Source: Escherichia phage vB_EcoM_KWBSE43-6 | Strand: one strand, 5' to 3' | Sequence record: NC_048186.1 | DNA: 64,000 nt | Shown here: one piece after another, positions 37,977-48,788 of the stretch | Layout of the letters: the number at the start of each line of letters is the position of its first letter | How positions within the stretch are numbered: the stretch's first letter is position 1 | Notes under the pieces: generated by a model | Databases searched by the model: none | What the model saw: the letters and a program-made list of their open reading frames with translations, nothing else | What the model was told of the DNA's origin: nothing | Position numbers and translations under genes: made by a program

Positions 37977-38049
37977 CATGATACATATCTCCAGCTGACT
38001 ATGATTTGTACAAACATTGTACCCGAAACCGTTCGTTTGGAATAATACA

Positions 38050-38056
38050 CTAAATA
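38050..38056 (+). promoter_or_regulatory. late-promoter-like motif CTAAATA
   Basis: Located 39 nt upstream of ATG 38095. Confidence 0.35.
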
Positions 38057-38094
38057 CAAGAATCAAGCCACAGAAAAACAACAGGAGATTCATC

Positions 38095-40098
38095 ATGAAT
38101 CCGCAATTTAGTCAGCCCGGTGGTTCCGTCTCTAAAGACGTGAACAAACAATCTATCGCACGTGTATTCTCTAAGAAAAAGAGTGATATATCATATTTGA
38201 AAGTTGGTTCTAGCGTTAATGGTTATGCTGTGCTATTCGAGCCGACAACCCAAACGTGTTGGTTTAGAGGGACTGCAACAGGTAATACAGTTTCTTGGAC
38301 TATCAACAATGATATCATGACTTTAGTGACTTCGGGTGGTTCCTTCACTCTGAACAAAGCCCAAGTTTGGGATTCTGTTACACTTTCCGGTGGAAATGCG
38401 ACGAGTTTGATCGGAACACCTTCTGGTGGAACGTTAGCTAATCTGTTATTACGGACTGTGTCTCCTGCTGAATTCGGATTAGAAAACGATCCAACAGGAG
38501 TCAAAGCAGATAAAAATACCATGGCTGTTCAAAAGGCTATTCGTTACCTGAATTCTTTGGGTGGTGGACGTCTCTTGTTCCCTACTGGGCAATACACATT
38601 TTGCTATGGAATTTGGTTGTTTGACAACATTCTGATCGATCTGAACGGTAGCATCTGTACTTTCAAAAACGCAACTTTTCCATTACGCAGTCGGGCATGT
38701 TTTGTTATGGGTTCTTCTTATGAAGTCAACCGTGACAAGGCTATGAGTTTTTATGATGACGGCACCTACATCAACAACCCAAACCCGACCAATACAGCAT
38801 ATGTGAATTTGCCGTTGGGAACGTTTTTGCGTGACAATGTCAATAAAGCGGAAATCAAAAACGCGCATATAATGAATGGGCATATCAAAGCCACGTTTGA
38901 TTCCCCTACTGCAAACGGTGCTTATGCAATAAATATGGCAAATGCGATGTATTGCACAGCACATGATTTATTCTTTACTGGATTCACAGAAGCCATAAAC
39001 ATGGGTTCGGATACTGGTTCTGAAACTCCGTCTTGCCATGGTTGTCTGGCTCATGATCTTTATATCGTTCAGCCTGACCAAAATAAAACTTATTATTCAA
39101 TTGGTTTTATTTCAAACTCCACCAACTGTTCCATTCAACGGGCGATACAATATCTGCCTTGCGCCGCCGGGACAGAGAACGGGTCGGGTGTGGCTACTAA
39201 CGTCGTTGAAGATTGTATTATAGAGGACATATTCATACCTTCTTTGGGTATTACGCAATCTTCTGAAGGGGTTCTTTTAAACAACGCAAAAGGATGTGTT
39301 GTGAGGAACATTTGTGTCCGAAACTGTAAAGTGGTGGTGGCTGTTTATTATGTCAGCACCAGCTATATCAGTGCTGACAAATGGAATCATATTTCTGGCA
39401 TAACTGGCCAAGGCACAGTTGCATTGATCGCAGTGCGCGGAAAATATACCACATTTACCGGATTCGCTGCGGATTCAACGACGCCGTATGAAATATATTT
39501 CGGGACTACAAACGGATCTAACAACCGTATTGAACAAGAACCGGCTAGTATGTATTTCACAGAGACATCAACGGTCAAACAATATTGGTATTGCAATAAC
39601 AACTACATCAAAGGATGGGTCGTCAAATATCTGTATTTGCGGCCAATGAATACACTGGTGAATGACAAATCTGTTGCATTCAACTGGAACATGAACAAAT
39701 CCGTGTCAGCCAACGATGACACCACGTTGTATTTCTTATGGGAAGTTCCTCCGTCCGTGAAGGCTATAAAGGCGGTCAAACTTTTCGCATATTACAATAC
39801 CAACGCAGTGGCTAAAGGAAGTAATATCAAAATAGAAGTTCGTAGGATGATAGCGTTTGATGGTAACGCTAACACGTTGCCGTACATAGAACCTGCCATT
39901 GGTGCAACTTCTACAGCAACGGTGGATCAACAGAATATAGCCATGAGCGCGGTTCATTCCGATACGGTTAGTCCCGGCATGGTAGTAACTGGCGATACTA
40001 CGAATGGCCTGTCGAATAGTGTTGACATTTTGGTTACGTTTGCCAACACGTCCAAAAACTCTTTAATGAAAGAAATGGAAATTACATACCTGGGGTGA
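38095..40098 (+). CDS. tailspike protein with conserved N-terminal module shared with 40429 gene
   Basis: Start MNPQFSQPGGS with AGGAG SD; N-terminal ~90 aa similar to the next tailspike (QTCWFRGTATG vs QTCWYRGTATG). Confidence 0.7.
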   Translation: MNPQFSQPGGSVSKDVNKQSIARVFSKKKSDISYLKVGSSVNGYAVLFEPTTQTCWFRGTATGNTVSWTINNDIMTLVTSGGSFTLNKAQVWDSVTLSGGNATSLIGTPSGGTLANLLLRTVSPAEFGLENDPTGVKADKNTMAVQKAIRYLNSLGGGRLLFPTGQYTFCYGIWLFDNILIDLNGSICTFKNATFPLRSRACFVMGSSYEVNRDKAMSFYDDGTYINNPNPTNTAYVNLPLGTFLRDNVNKAEIKNAHIMNGHIKATFDSPTANGAYAINMANAMYCTAHDLFFTGFTEAINMGSDTGSETPSCHGCLAHDLYIVQPDQNKTYYSIGFISNSTNCSIQRAIQYLPCAAGTENGSGVATNVVEDCIIEDIFIPSLGITQSSEGVLLNNAKGCVVRNICVRNCKVVVAVYYVSTSYISADKWNHISGITGQGTVALIAVRGKYTTFTGFAADSTTPYEIYFGTTNGSNNRIEQEPASMYFTETSTVKQYWYCNNNYIKGWVVKYLYLRPMNTLVNDKSVAFNWNMNKSVSANDDTTLYFLWEVPPSVKAIKAVKLFAYYNTNAVAKGSNIKIEVRRMIAFDGNANTLPYIEPAIGATSTATVDQQNIAMSAVHSDTVSPGMVVTGDTTNGLSNSVDILVTFANTSKNSLMKEMEITYLG

Positions 40099-40101
40099 TT
40101 T

Positions 40102-40347
40102 ATGCAAAATTCGGCTATGCGTGATGCGTTATCTCTATTTTATGCTTTATACGACTATTTGGTAAACAAAGTGGAATTGACAGAAACAGAAGAATCTGTC
40201 AAATCTAAAATAGAACAAGATATGGGGATACGTTGTGATGATTCATTGGATGAGCAAATCCTACAACTGCAATCAGAACTAAACCAAGCAGTTGAAGAGG
40301 GAGAACGTCACCAAATCTTAGATAATGTGGTTGAACTTTTGAAATAA
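40102..40347 (+). CDS. small helical hypothetical protein
   Basis: 81-aa ORF followed by terminator. Confidence 0.45.
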   Translation: MQNSAMRDALSLFYALYDYLVNKVELTETEESVKSKIEQDMGIRCDDSLDEQILQLQSELNQAVEEGERHQILDNVVELLK

Positions 40348-40349
40348 CA

Positions 40350-40375
40350 AAGCCCCTTCGGGGGCTTTTCTTTTG
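40350..40375 (+). terminator. rho-independent terminator
   Basis: agccccttcgggggct followed by tttcttttg. Confidence 0.65.
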
Positions 40376-40381
40376 AACAAA

Positions 40382-40388
40382 CTAAATA
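40382..40388 (+). promoter_or_regulatory. late-promoter-like motif CTAAATA
   Basis: Located about 40 nt upstream of ATG 40429. Confidence 0.35.
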
Positions 40389-40428
40389 CAAGGAGACATT
40401 GTTAGAAAAACAACATGAGGAACCACCC

Positions 40429-42705
40429 ATGAAAACGCAATTTAACCAATCACAAGGCTCAACTTCACGTGAGACGAATAAAGAAGCGATTGCTCGCATC
40501 TTTGGTCTCAAGAAGTCTCAAGTCGGATATCTGTCAACAACCACTCCAATTGATTCGTATGTCATATTGTTTGACAAAGAAACTCAGACGTGTTGGTATC
40601 GAGGTACAGCAACAGGTACTCCAATTTCTTGGAATGTCAATGGTGAATCATTATCTTTGACAACTAATTCTGGAACTTCTATATTAACTAAATCTAAACC
40701 ATGGGATGAATTGAATCAAAAACTATCATCACCACAAGGATTTGGTGCGATAGGCAAATTTTCTTCTTTGATTAATTTAAGAAATCATGAACCCACATAC
40801 CCTGGCGAATCTGTGATTTTAGAAAGAATAGCGTCTGGGAAACCGACAGTTAACGTAGTGCTAAGGCATGATCCTACTGATACCACGTCTGTGGATGACG
40901 ACATAAGCATATTTGTTACACCTGGTGGTGCTCGTTGGAAATTGGATATTAGTGATGGTTATGATATGAGACTGGCAGGGGTTAATGTTGATGGTACAAA
41001 CTTTTCCTCTGCTTTAAATAAAATAGTCAGTGTCATTATTTCAAAAATAGTAGCTAATGGGCGGGTAAATAATGTTGCTCGTCGCATAAAAGTTGTCCCG
41101 ACAAATTTTTTATGTCAATTCTTTTTAACTGATCCTGTTGATTTACCATCAATCGTGTCATGTTCTTTTTATGGGTCACCATTCATAGAATCACAAAACA
41201 TGACGGGACTCTATTCTTTCAGAATAGCCAACCAACCGTTCAGCACGTTGACCAAGGCTATGATGCAAGCAGAAACTTCGTGGCCTAATGGCCCGTTAAA
41301 CCAAGTTATCGGGAATAAAGTTATAAATTCAGGGGATGGCGGGAGAATAACTTTAAGGGGACCCGGATTTTCAGATGGTGTCCCAAGGATAGGTGTTATA
41401 TTAGGTAATGATGTGACCACAGATAAAGACGTGAGGGATTGTAGCGTAGAAGATATGAATATCTTCGGCTTCGACGCTTCTCATACGTTGGGTGGCTATT
41501 TTACCTTTATGGCAGGCTTCCGGAATTGTAACTTCTCGCGTTGTAATGTTGGTATGCGATTACCAAATATCACTGGAAACGCTGGGGAAAGAATGTGGTA
41601 TGATTCTTGCACTTTTGGTAACATGACAAGCCATGCATTACACGTATTTGGGGCTGGTACGTATAGCTTGGTCAACACTTCCATAGACTTCATAGGCGGG
41701 GATATGTTCCATTATGGATCTGATTCTTCTGTGTCTATAGAATTTATTTCAGGCCATATAGAAGGTATACAAGGGTATGATGCCGCGAAAGATACTCCGA
41801 CGAACTATTCTCAGGCCAGGGTTCATATCCATTCTGCCGTTCTGAGAGATCCGAGACAAGGAAGCGGCCAATACAGGGGTATAAGGCAACGTTGGTCTTG
41901 CCCTTCTTCTTCATTTGGGCAAGGACTTTCCGTAATAGACGAATCTATTTCCCCCGGAATGGAGAATACAAAACCGAACACTGCATATCCGTGCTTTATG
42001 GGTAGTCCAAGTAATACTGGTGTTTACATAGAAACCCCGCGAACTGCTAACCGGGGAACGCCGTGGTTGAACAGCTATAGTGATTCTTGTTCCAAGAGAA
42101 TAAATCCGACATATTTCTTTATAACTTCGGCGGGTACTGGGGAGTTAGGTCAGAGTCAATTAGTGTTGGATTATAACTTTTCATACACCAAAACTGGGGA
42201 TGGAATAGTAGAATATGGTGTAGTCGGTGACGCGGATGCAGATGGATTTATACCGTTCAAGATTACTTGTAATGATGTCAATACAGTCATTAATTTGTTC
42301 TGTAATAACCGATCTAAAGCCACCAACGGAAACAAGCCTTTATGGGGAGCTTGCTCAGTTAAATTGGCGAATTCCGTGGGTGATGTCATGATCGCTCCAC
42401 TTAGGGCAACATATTTAGGTTCTACTATCACGTCGATATATAATGACACCACGAAGACGGTAACAAGTACGTTAAATCCTGTTCTTCGTTCAACAAACGT
42501 GGGAGTTGCTCTTAACCTTAGAGATCTGTTGAACGGAAGCGGACTAACAACTAATGACTATCAGGCGACTTATCCTCGATATGTTACTGGTTACTACCAG
42601 GGCAATGATTTCTTTGTCCCCGGTTTCCGCCTTTGGAATTTCACAGGAACCATATATTTGAAATTGCCTATTTGGTGGTTCGAAGGTGATAACTTTGGAG
42701 CATAA
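40429..42705 (+). CDS. tailspike protein with conserved N-terminal module
   Basis: Start MKTQFNQSQG with GAGGAA SD; shares N-terminal module with 38095 gene; Gly/Ser/Asn-rich beta-helix-like body. Confidence 0.7.
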   Translation: MKTQFNQSQGSTSRETNKEAIARIFGLKKSQVGYLSTTTPIDSYVILFDKETQTCWYRGTATGTPISWNVNGESLSLTTNSGTSILTKSKPWDELNQKLSSPQGFGAIGKFSSLINLRNHEPTYPGESVILERIASGKPTVNVVLRHDPTDTTSVDDDISIFVTPGGARWKLDISDGYDMRLAGVNVDGTNFSSALNKIVSVIISKIVANGRVNNVARRIKVVPTNFLCQFFLTDPVDLPSIVSCSFYGSPFIESQNMTGLYSFRIANQPFSTLTKAMMQAETSWPNGPLNQVIGNKVINSGDGGRITLRGPGFSDGVPRIGVILGNDVTTDKDVRDCSVEDMNIFGFDASHTLGGYFTFMAGFRNCNFSRCNVGMRLPNITGNAGERMWYDSCTFGNMTSHALHVFGAGTYSLVNTSIDFIGGDMFHYGSDSSVSIEFISGHIEGIQGYDAAKDTPTNYSQARVHIHSAVLRDPRQGSGQYRGIRQRWSCPSSSFGQGLSVIDESISPGMENTKPNTAYPCFMGSPSNTGVYIETPRTANRGTPWLNSYSDSCSKRINPTYFFITSAGTGELGQSQLVLDYNFSYTKTGDGIVEYGVVGDADADGFIPFKITCNDVNTVINLFCNNRSKATNGNKPLWGACSVKLANSVGDVMIAPLRATYLGSTITSIYNDTTKTVTSTLNPVLRSTNVGVALNLRDLLNGSGLTTNDYQATYPRYVTGYYQGNDFFVPGFRLWNFTGTIYLKLPIWWFEGDNFGA

Positions 42706-42706
42706 T

Positions 42707-42961
42707 ATGTATACCATACATAAAATTCCTTGTGACATAGTCTACAATTCTTTGTTAGAGCATCATAAGTTTTTCATATCTTTAAAGAAAGATTTGGCAA
42801 AGCGTATTAAGAATTCTACGTCAGGATTCAAATATGAAAATTTCAAATTTTGTTATGACAAAGATGATGTAAATCAATATTATCTAAAATTAGATTCAAA
42901 ATGTCGTGACTTTGAAACCCAATTAAACGAAATTTGGTTTCATTCAGTACACCAACAATGA
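42707..42961 (+). CDS. hypothetical small protein
   Basis: ORF track 42686..42961; ATG 42707 has GGAG SD. Confidence 0.4.
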   Translation: MYTIHKIPCDIVYNSLLEHHKFFISLKKDLAKRIKNSTSGFKYENFKFCYDKDDVNQYYLKLDSKCRDFETQLNEIWFHSVHQQ

Positions 42962-42971
42962 GGATTATGGT

Positions 42972-43232
42972 ATGAAATTTAGTATAATTGAAACAGAAGT
43001 TAACCCAGGTTCTGAACTAAGGAATTTCTTAGTCGTTCCTGCAGGAAGTGAAAAAGAAACCGAAGACAATTGGATTCTTTCTTTCAAACATGATTCTGTC
43101 GATACTTTGCAAGAAACCGCTTCTCGTTATCTCATCGCATTCGGTGTCTTGTCCTCGTTGTCACTCAGTTTAGACAACACTGCTATTGTTGAATTGGTGA
43201 AAACTTTAGATAACACTTCAGTTTCAAGTTGA
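42972..43232 (+). CDS. hypothetical small protein
   Basis: 86-aa ORF followed by terminator. Confidence 0.45.
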   Translation: MKFSIIETEVNPGSELRNFLVVPAGSEKETEDNWILSFKHDSVDTLQETASRYLIAFGVLSSLSLSLDNTAIVELVKTLDNTSVSS

Positions 43233-43238
43233 TGCAAT

Positions 43239-43265
43239 TAGCCCCCTCGGGGGCTTTATTCTTCA
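43239..43265 (+). terminator. rho-independent terminator
   Basis: agccccctcgggggct followed by ttattcttc. Confidence 0.6.
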
Positions 43266-43286
43266 TACGATGGGTTGTGTGGTATA

Positions 43287-43293
43287 CTAAATA
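43287..43293 (+). promoter_or_regulatory. late-promoter-like motif CTAAATA
   Basis: Located 35 nt upstream of ATG 43328. Confidence 0.35.
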
Positions 43294-43327
43294 ATTCCAA
43301 GACAAAACTCTATAGATGGAGTACAAA

Positions 43328-46300
43328 ATGCAACAATTGAATCTTAACCGCCGCCCTTATTGGGACGACTGGAATCCAGAGAAGCGTTTCAGCCGCATCC
43401 TGTTCCGCCCAAATCCAATCAAAGTACAGACTCGTGAGCTGAACCAGCTGCAGACTATCCTACAGGATCAAATTGAGAAGATCGGTAATCATCTTTTCAA
43501 AGACGGTTCCATGGTAATCCCAGGCGGTTTGACTATTACCAATTCGGCTGTATCCATGAAGTTCCAGCTGGCGGGTGGGAGCGAATTCACCGACCTGGAA
43601 GGCATTCAAGAACTGTACGTGATTGGCAAAGACAACAACGCCAAGGCCCGTGTATTGTCTCTGGAACGCTACACCAGCGAACCGGATATGATGTTCTGTA
43701 TCCTGGAAATGACCGAGTCCGGCACTGCCGATGGATTCAGCCCGAACGATAATCTATACTTCAACACTTATGATGTGAATGATAACTTCATCCGTATCGG
43801 TTATGGTGTTGCACAGACTGTCGGTGGCTCTATTGTTGCTCGGATGACCAAAGGCGTCTATTTCGTTCGTGGGTTCTTCCTCGACGTTGACGATGATATG
43901 TTGGTTGTCAACAAATATGCAAATAACACCAGCCATCGCGTCGGGTTCAAAGTTACTGAAGAAATCGTGACTGAAGAGCAAGATAGTAGTCTGTTCTCCA
44001 ATGCCCAGGGTACACCGAACACCAAAGCGCCGGGCGCTCATCGCCTTCGTTTGGATCTGAGTCTTCAGGCGTTTGATTATGACGCAGAAGTCGAAGATTT
44101 CGTTGAGCTGGCGAAGATCAAAGACGGTAAAATCCAGTCTATGGTCACCCAATCGACGTACAATATCCTCGAAGACACTATGGCCCAGCGCACCTATGAG
44201 CAAGCTGGTGACTACAACGTGTCTACTCACCAGATCGACCTTCGCGAACACCTGAAAGAAAACAACAATGGTGGGGTATATACTCCGGCCGAAGGTGGCG
44301 ATGAAAGCAAACTGGTTGCGGTAATGAAGCCGGGCATTTCTTATGTCCGTGGTCGTCGTATTGAGAACGTCGGGGAAGAACTCGTCGTCATTGATAAGGC
44401 GCGTGATACAGACCTCCTGAACAACACGCCAGTTGCTGTAGCGACAGGTAATTTCCTGACGACCAAGAACTCTAAAGGTGTTCCTGTTATCAGCCGTAGT
44501 ATTCGCTACAAATTGCTGAATGCTTCTGGTGTTACCCAAGCGACTGCCCTGTGTATCTCCGCCGACCGTACCGGGACGGAATTCCGTCTGTATATGCGTG
44601 ACCTGGTCGTCACTGGTGATATGAGCACGGTCACCAAAGTCGCTTACGAAGAAAGCGGGACCACGATGTTCTCGGCAGCGTTGGAAACTAATCAGTTCTC
44701 ACAAAGTTCATCTATGGATCTCATATTTGAACTGCCTGTCTTTGGCGTGAAAACTTTGGCTCCGACCGGAACGATTGATATCAACTACACCGTCTTGCGT
44801 TCTTACAAAATTACGCTGGATGCGTCAGGTAACGGTTCTATATCTGCACCGCTGGGATACAGTTTTTCTCCGGAATTCTCACTCTACTCCGGAGCGAAAT
44901 CTGACGGAACCGCCGCCCAGATCGATATCTCCAGCAGCCTGTCTCTGACCGGGACACCAGTTGGGTCGGCTCTGCAGATTTCCCTCGGTTCCGGTAATGC
45001 TCTGCAATCTATCAACCTGTTGGCGCTGATGGTACGCACCACTGCTATCATCAAAACCAAAACTGTTACGACTGCTACTGAGACTGTGATCTTCACCAAC
45101 CAGGCCAGCATCCAGCTTGCGAACCATGACGGCTACAAATTGACTTCCGTCAAAAATGCCAATGGTGCTGACGTGACCTCTAACTTCACTCTGGATGGCG
45201 GGCAGCGTGATGCGGCGTACTACAAGTCCAGTCTGATATCGGCCACTGGAGCCATTTCAGGCGCGTATACCGTGGAATACACGTATTTCGCTCACAGTAC
45301 TGGTGACTTCTTTACCGCTGATTCGTATACTTCTATTGATTACAAATCAATCCCGAATTATACGTCGAGCACGTCGGGTACAGTGTATGGTCTGGCCGAC
45401 AGTATAGACTTCCGCCCTAAAATCACCAATGGTGCGTCTGATACTGATATGGTGCGGCCTAACACGGCGATCATCATGGACGTTGAATATTATCTGCCTC
45501 GCATTGATGCTGTGTACCTGGCAGACAACGGCGTTTTCAACGTTGCTCGTGGTATCAGTTCGAACAACCTGGCGGCTCCGGCTATTCCAGCAAACGCCAT
45601 GCGTTTGTACGAACTGTTGATTCCCCCATATACTCCGGATATTGACGATATTCAGATCCGTACTATCGACAACCGCCGCTACACAATGCGGGATATCGGT
45701 AAGCTGGACACCCGTATATCGAACGTCGAGTATTACACAACACTGTCTCAGCTGGAATCTTCGGCTATGACTCAGCAAGTATTCGACCCGGTAACAGGCA
45801 ACCCACGTTACAAAAATGGTATCGCTGCTGATCCGTTCAAAGACTTTCGTCTGATTGATGATCTGTCTTCCGACTGGATGGGTTCCGTAGACACCGACAA
45901 TGGTCGCCTGCGTCCGTTTGTACAACAAAACGCGATTGACCTGGTTCCGGATGGGTGGGACAAGGTTATGGACGGTATGGTCGTGTGCAAATACACACCG
46001 GAAATTTCTGTTAATCAGGAATATGCGACGACGACGATCAACGTCAACCCATATGCTGTGTTTAACTGGACGGGGTTCCTCAAACTCAATCCGACAACAG
46101 ATTACTGGTTTGAAAACTACTACGTTGCCCCTCGTGTTATCAACGAGACGATCAATACCCGTGGTGCTGTCCAAGAAGGTACGGTTTATGGTACATGGCG
46201 GACTGTGTCTGTATCTGAGCGGGTATGGGAACCGCACGGCGCGGGCGGCGTATGGTGGGGATATCGTTATAGAACCACTGTGTCTACACGTGATGTTTCG

Positions 46301-48166
46301 ACTTACACGTACACGGATACAACCACCACTTCACTTTCTGGCGAACAGATTGTTGAAACTCAGGTTATTCCGTACATGCGTTCAATCGAAATCAACTTTG
46401 ACGCCAGCGGCCTGCGCCCGTTCACCAGAATGTATGCATTCTTCTCTGGTCGGGATGTGAATCTGTACTGCAAACCGAACGGCGGGGCATATGGTGCACC
46501 GTTGACGACGGACGCCAACGGTAATCTGAAAGGTGTATTCAAAGTTCCGCAGAATAACACCATTAAATTCAATACTGGTGACAACGTCTTCCGGTTAACT
46601 GACAGCCCGACTGATAGCAAGTCTGCTGATGATACTCTGACGAATGCCGAGATTGTTCATAAGTCCTTTGGTAAGAAACAAGGTATCCAGAAGACCTATG
46701 TTAACACACGTGTCCTGGGTTATACTGTATCGACTAAATCTGAAACAACTTCGTCTGAAGCCGTTGTTGGTCAGTGGCGTGATCCTATCGCACAATCTTT
46801 CATGGTGGCGACCAGCATCGGTGGTGAATACATTGAAGGTGTGGAAGTGTTCTTCTCAAGCAAATCACGTGATGTTCCAGTAACTCTGGAAATCCGTGAG
46901 ATGAGCAATGGCCTTCCGGCAAGTACTGTTATCACCCGGAAAACTTTGAACCCGTCTGACGTCAAAGTATCGAATGACTCTTCCCTCGGGACGAAATTCA
47001 CTTTCGATTATCCAGTATATCTGCAGGCTGGCACAGAGTTTGCTATCGTTCTTCTGGCTAACACCCAGGATTACAATGCTTACATTGCAGAAATGGGTAA
47101 AAAGAATTTGCTGTCGAACGAATATATCGCCAAACAACCGTATACTGGCGTGTTCTTCACCTCGTCAAACGGTTCAACCTGGTCTCCAAACCAAATGGCG
47201 GATATGAAATTCCGTGTGTATCGCTGTAATTTTGCTGCTGCCGACAACGTGGTGACATTTACTCCGAACGCCGGGCCTAAAATCCGTCCTCTTGGTCTGA
47301 ACGTGTTGAACTGCGTCAACGGTTCTACTGTGGTCACAGTTTACGCACCGGGCCATGGTCTTGTTGCGGGCAACTCTGTGACGTTGTCAGAACTGACGGG
47401 CGGCTGCGGCTTTACCGCAGAGCAACTGAATAAAGTTCACACTGTCACGGATGCGAGCTATACTTCATTCAAGATTGATGTTGGCGCAGCTGCGGACAGC
47501 GATGGACAGATTGGTGGTGAAGACGGTTCTTTCTTGGGCAATTACCTGGTAGATATGTTCTATGCCAGCGTGACCAATTCAGCCCTGGAAGGTTCTATAT
47601 TGAAACTGGAATACCGTTATCGTGATTCTACTTCCAATTCTATGTCTGATTGGGCTGAGTTTGAATCTGATACTGATGTTCCTTTGCCAACAGAAGGTAT
47701 TTATCGTCAGGCTGGGGATTTCCAGGTAAGAGCCACCATGACTCGCAGCGCGAGCAATGCGTACACGGCACCAATGATTGATGGTGATGACTTAACCGTG
47801 GTTCTCAACTCGCATGGCGTAGATCCTTTCGAGGACGTTTTCCGCTATGTGACCAAGGACGTAAGTTTTGACAACCCGTGTACAACTTTGAAAATGTACT
47901 TCGGCGCGATGTTGCCTTCTCAGTCCACCATGACTGTACAGGTCAAACTTCTGCGCCCAGGGCAAGAAATGGATTCGATCGAATGGGAAACGGTTACGCC
48001 GAATTCTCCTCTGGTCAACGATGGTTCCGCATTCTTTGAATATGAATACGATAAGACCGTCGACAGCAGCAGTCCATTTTCAGCCCTGAAAGTCAGAGCA
48101 TTAATTCGCGGAAGCCGGATAGCCCCACCTTCCTGCAAAGATTTCCGCTTGATTGCTCTGGCATAA
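43328..48166 (+). CDS. very large virion structural protein (about 1612 aa), baseplate or fibre component
   Basis: Uninterrupted ORF; start MQQLNLNRRPYWDDWN with GGAG SD; Thr/Ser/Gly-rich beta-type composition; position between tailspikes and neck genes. Confidence 0.65.
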   Translation: MQQLNLNRRPYWDDWNPEKRFSRILFRPNPIKVQTRELNQLQTILQDQIEKIGNHLFKDGSMVIPGGLTITNSAVSMKFQLAGGSEFTDLEGIQELYVIGKDNNAKARVLSLERYTSEPDMMFCILEMTESGTADGFSPNDNLYFNTYDVNDNFIRIGYGVAQTVGGSIVARMTKGVYFVRGFFLDVDDDMLVVNKYANNTSHRVGFKVTEEIVTEEQDSSLFSNAQGTPNTKAPGAHRLRLDLSLQAFDYDAEVEDFVELAKIKDGKIQSMVTQSTYNILEDTMAQRTYEQAGDYNVSTHQIDLREHLKENNNGGVYTPAEGGDESKLVAVMKPGISYVRGRRIENVGEELVVIDKARDTDLLNNTPVAVATGNFLTTKNSKGVPVISRSIRYKLLNASGVTQATALCISADRTGTEFRLYMRDLVVTGDMSTVTKVAYEESGTTMFSAALETNQFSQSSSMDLIFELPVFGVKTLAPTGTIDINYTVLRSYKITLDASGNGSISAPLGYSFSPEFSLYSGAKSDGTAAQIDISSSLSLTGTPVGSALQISLGSGNALQSINLLALMVRTTAIIKTKTVTTATETVIFTNQASIQLANHDGYKLTSVKNANGADVTSNFTLDGGQRDAAYYKSSLISATGAISGAYTVEYTYFAHSTGDFFTADSYTSIDYKSIPNYTSSTSGTVYGLADSIDFRPKITNGASDTDMVRPNTAIIMDVEYYLPRIDAVYLADNGVFNVARGISSNNLAAPAIPANAMRLYELLIPPYTPDIDDIQIRTIDNRRYTMRDIGKLDTRISNVEYYTTLSQLESSAMTQQVFDPVTGNPRYKNGIAADPFKDFRLIDDLSSDWMGSVDTDNGRLRPFVQQNAIDLVPDGWDKVMDGMVVCKYTPEISVNQEYATTTINVNPYAVFNWTGFLKLNPTTDYWFENYYVAPRVINETINTRGAVQEGTVYGTWRTVSVSERVWEPHGAGGVWWGYRYRTTVSTRDVSTYTYTDTTTTSLSGEQIVETQVIPYMRSIEINFDASGLRPFTRMYAFFSGRDVNLYCKPNGGAYGAPLTTDANGNLKGVFKVPQNNTIKFNTGDNVFRLTDSPTDSKSADDTLTNAEIVHKSFGKKQGIQKTYVNTRVLGYTVSTKSETTSSEAVVGQWRDPIAQSFMVATSIGGEYIEGVEVFFSSKSRDVPVTLEIREMSNGLPASTVITRKTLNPSDVKVSNDSSLGTKFTFDYPVYLQAGTEFAIVLLANTQDYNAYIAEMGKKNLLSNEYIAKQPYTGVFFTSSNGSTWSPNQMADMKFRVYRCNFAAADNVVTFTPNAGPKIRPLGLNVLNCVNGSTVVTVYAPGHGLVAGNSVTLSELTGGCGFTAEQLNKVHTVTDASYTSFKIDVGAAADSDGQIGGEDGSFLGNYLVDMFYASVTNSALEGSILKLEYRYRDSTSNSMSDWAEFESDTDVPLPTEGIYRQAGDFQVRATMTRSASNAYTAPMIDGDDLTVVLNSHGVDPFEDVFRYVTKDVSFDNPCTTLKMYFGAMLPSQSTMTVQVKLLRPGQEMDSIEWETVTPNSPLVNDGSAFFEYEYDKTVDSSSPFSALKVRALIRGSRIAPPSCKDFRLIALA

Positions 48167-48449
48167 ATAAAATTGAAATGGCGGGGGATTCCCCCGCCCT
48201 CTTGAGAGGATATGTGTATGCGTGGAATGAAAGTACAGGGGCACGCATCAATGGTACGCAGTAGCTCTTGCCCCGGAGCAATCATCTGCACTGACCATGT
48301 TGCTGGAATGGCGGCGCTTCGGTCTCGCCAAGATACTGAACAAAGAGAGGCTAAGATTGCTGCGCAATCGGCCCAAATTGATCAGCTTGAAGCAACCGTT
48401 AAAATGTTGGCAGAAAAACTCGGGATTACAATCCCGGACGGGGGCGAAA

Positions 48450-48788
48450 ATGACAACGCAGAATAACAGCTTGTTTAATGTTAAGGAAATCTTGACTGCT
48501 GCCGTTGCATCTCTATTGGTCTCTTCTGCGACATTCGTATGGTTTATGGGTGGATTAGAAAACCGTGTGAATGTTCTGGAAAAAGACTCTGGGAAAGTTG
48601 ACCAGATTTTGATAAAGGTTAATGATCTCAGCGAAAGAATGGCTGTCATGAACAACGATATATCCTACGTTAAACAAAACATGACTGAATTGAAATTAAA
48701 CAGCAGCAGCCTTTCTGACGACGTTAGAACATTGCGCCTGACTGTTTCAGATCTACAGCGCAAGGAGGGTGATAATGGCCGTCAATAA
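48450..48788 (+). CDS. hypothetical protein with TM segment and coiled-coil
   Basis: ORF track 48297..48788; likely start MTTQNNSLFNV; hydrophobic LTAAVASLLVSSATFVWFMGG. Confidence 0.4.
   Translation: MTTQNNSLFNVKEILTAAVASLLVSSATFVWFMGGLENRVNVLEKDSGKVDQILIKVNDLSERMAVMNNDISYVKQNMTELKLNSSSLSDDVRTLRLTVSDLQRKEGDNGRQ

Noticed and set aside
43754-46237. Long minus-strand ORFs inside the 1612-aa structural gene (43754..44539, 45347..46237)
   Set aside because: Antisense shadow ORFs within a well-supported coding region; Arg/Cys-rich low-complexity translations.
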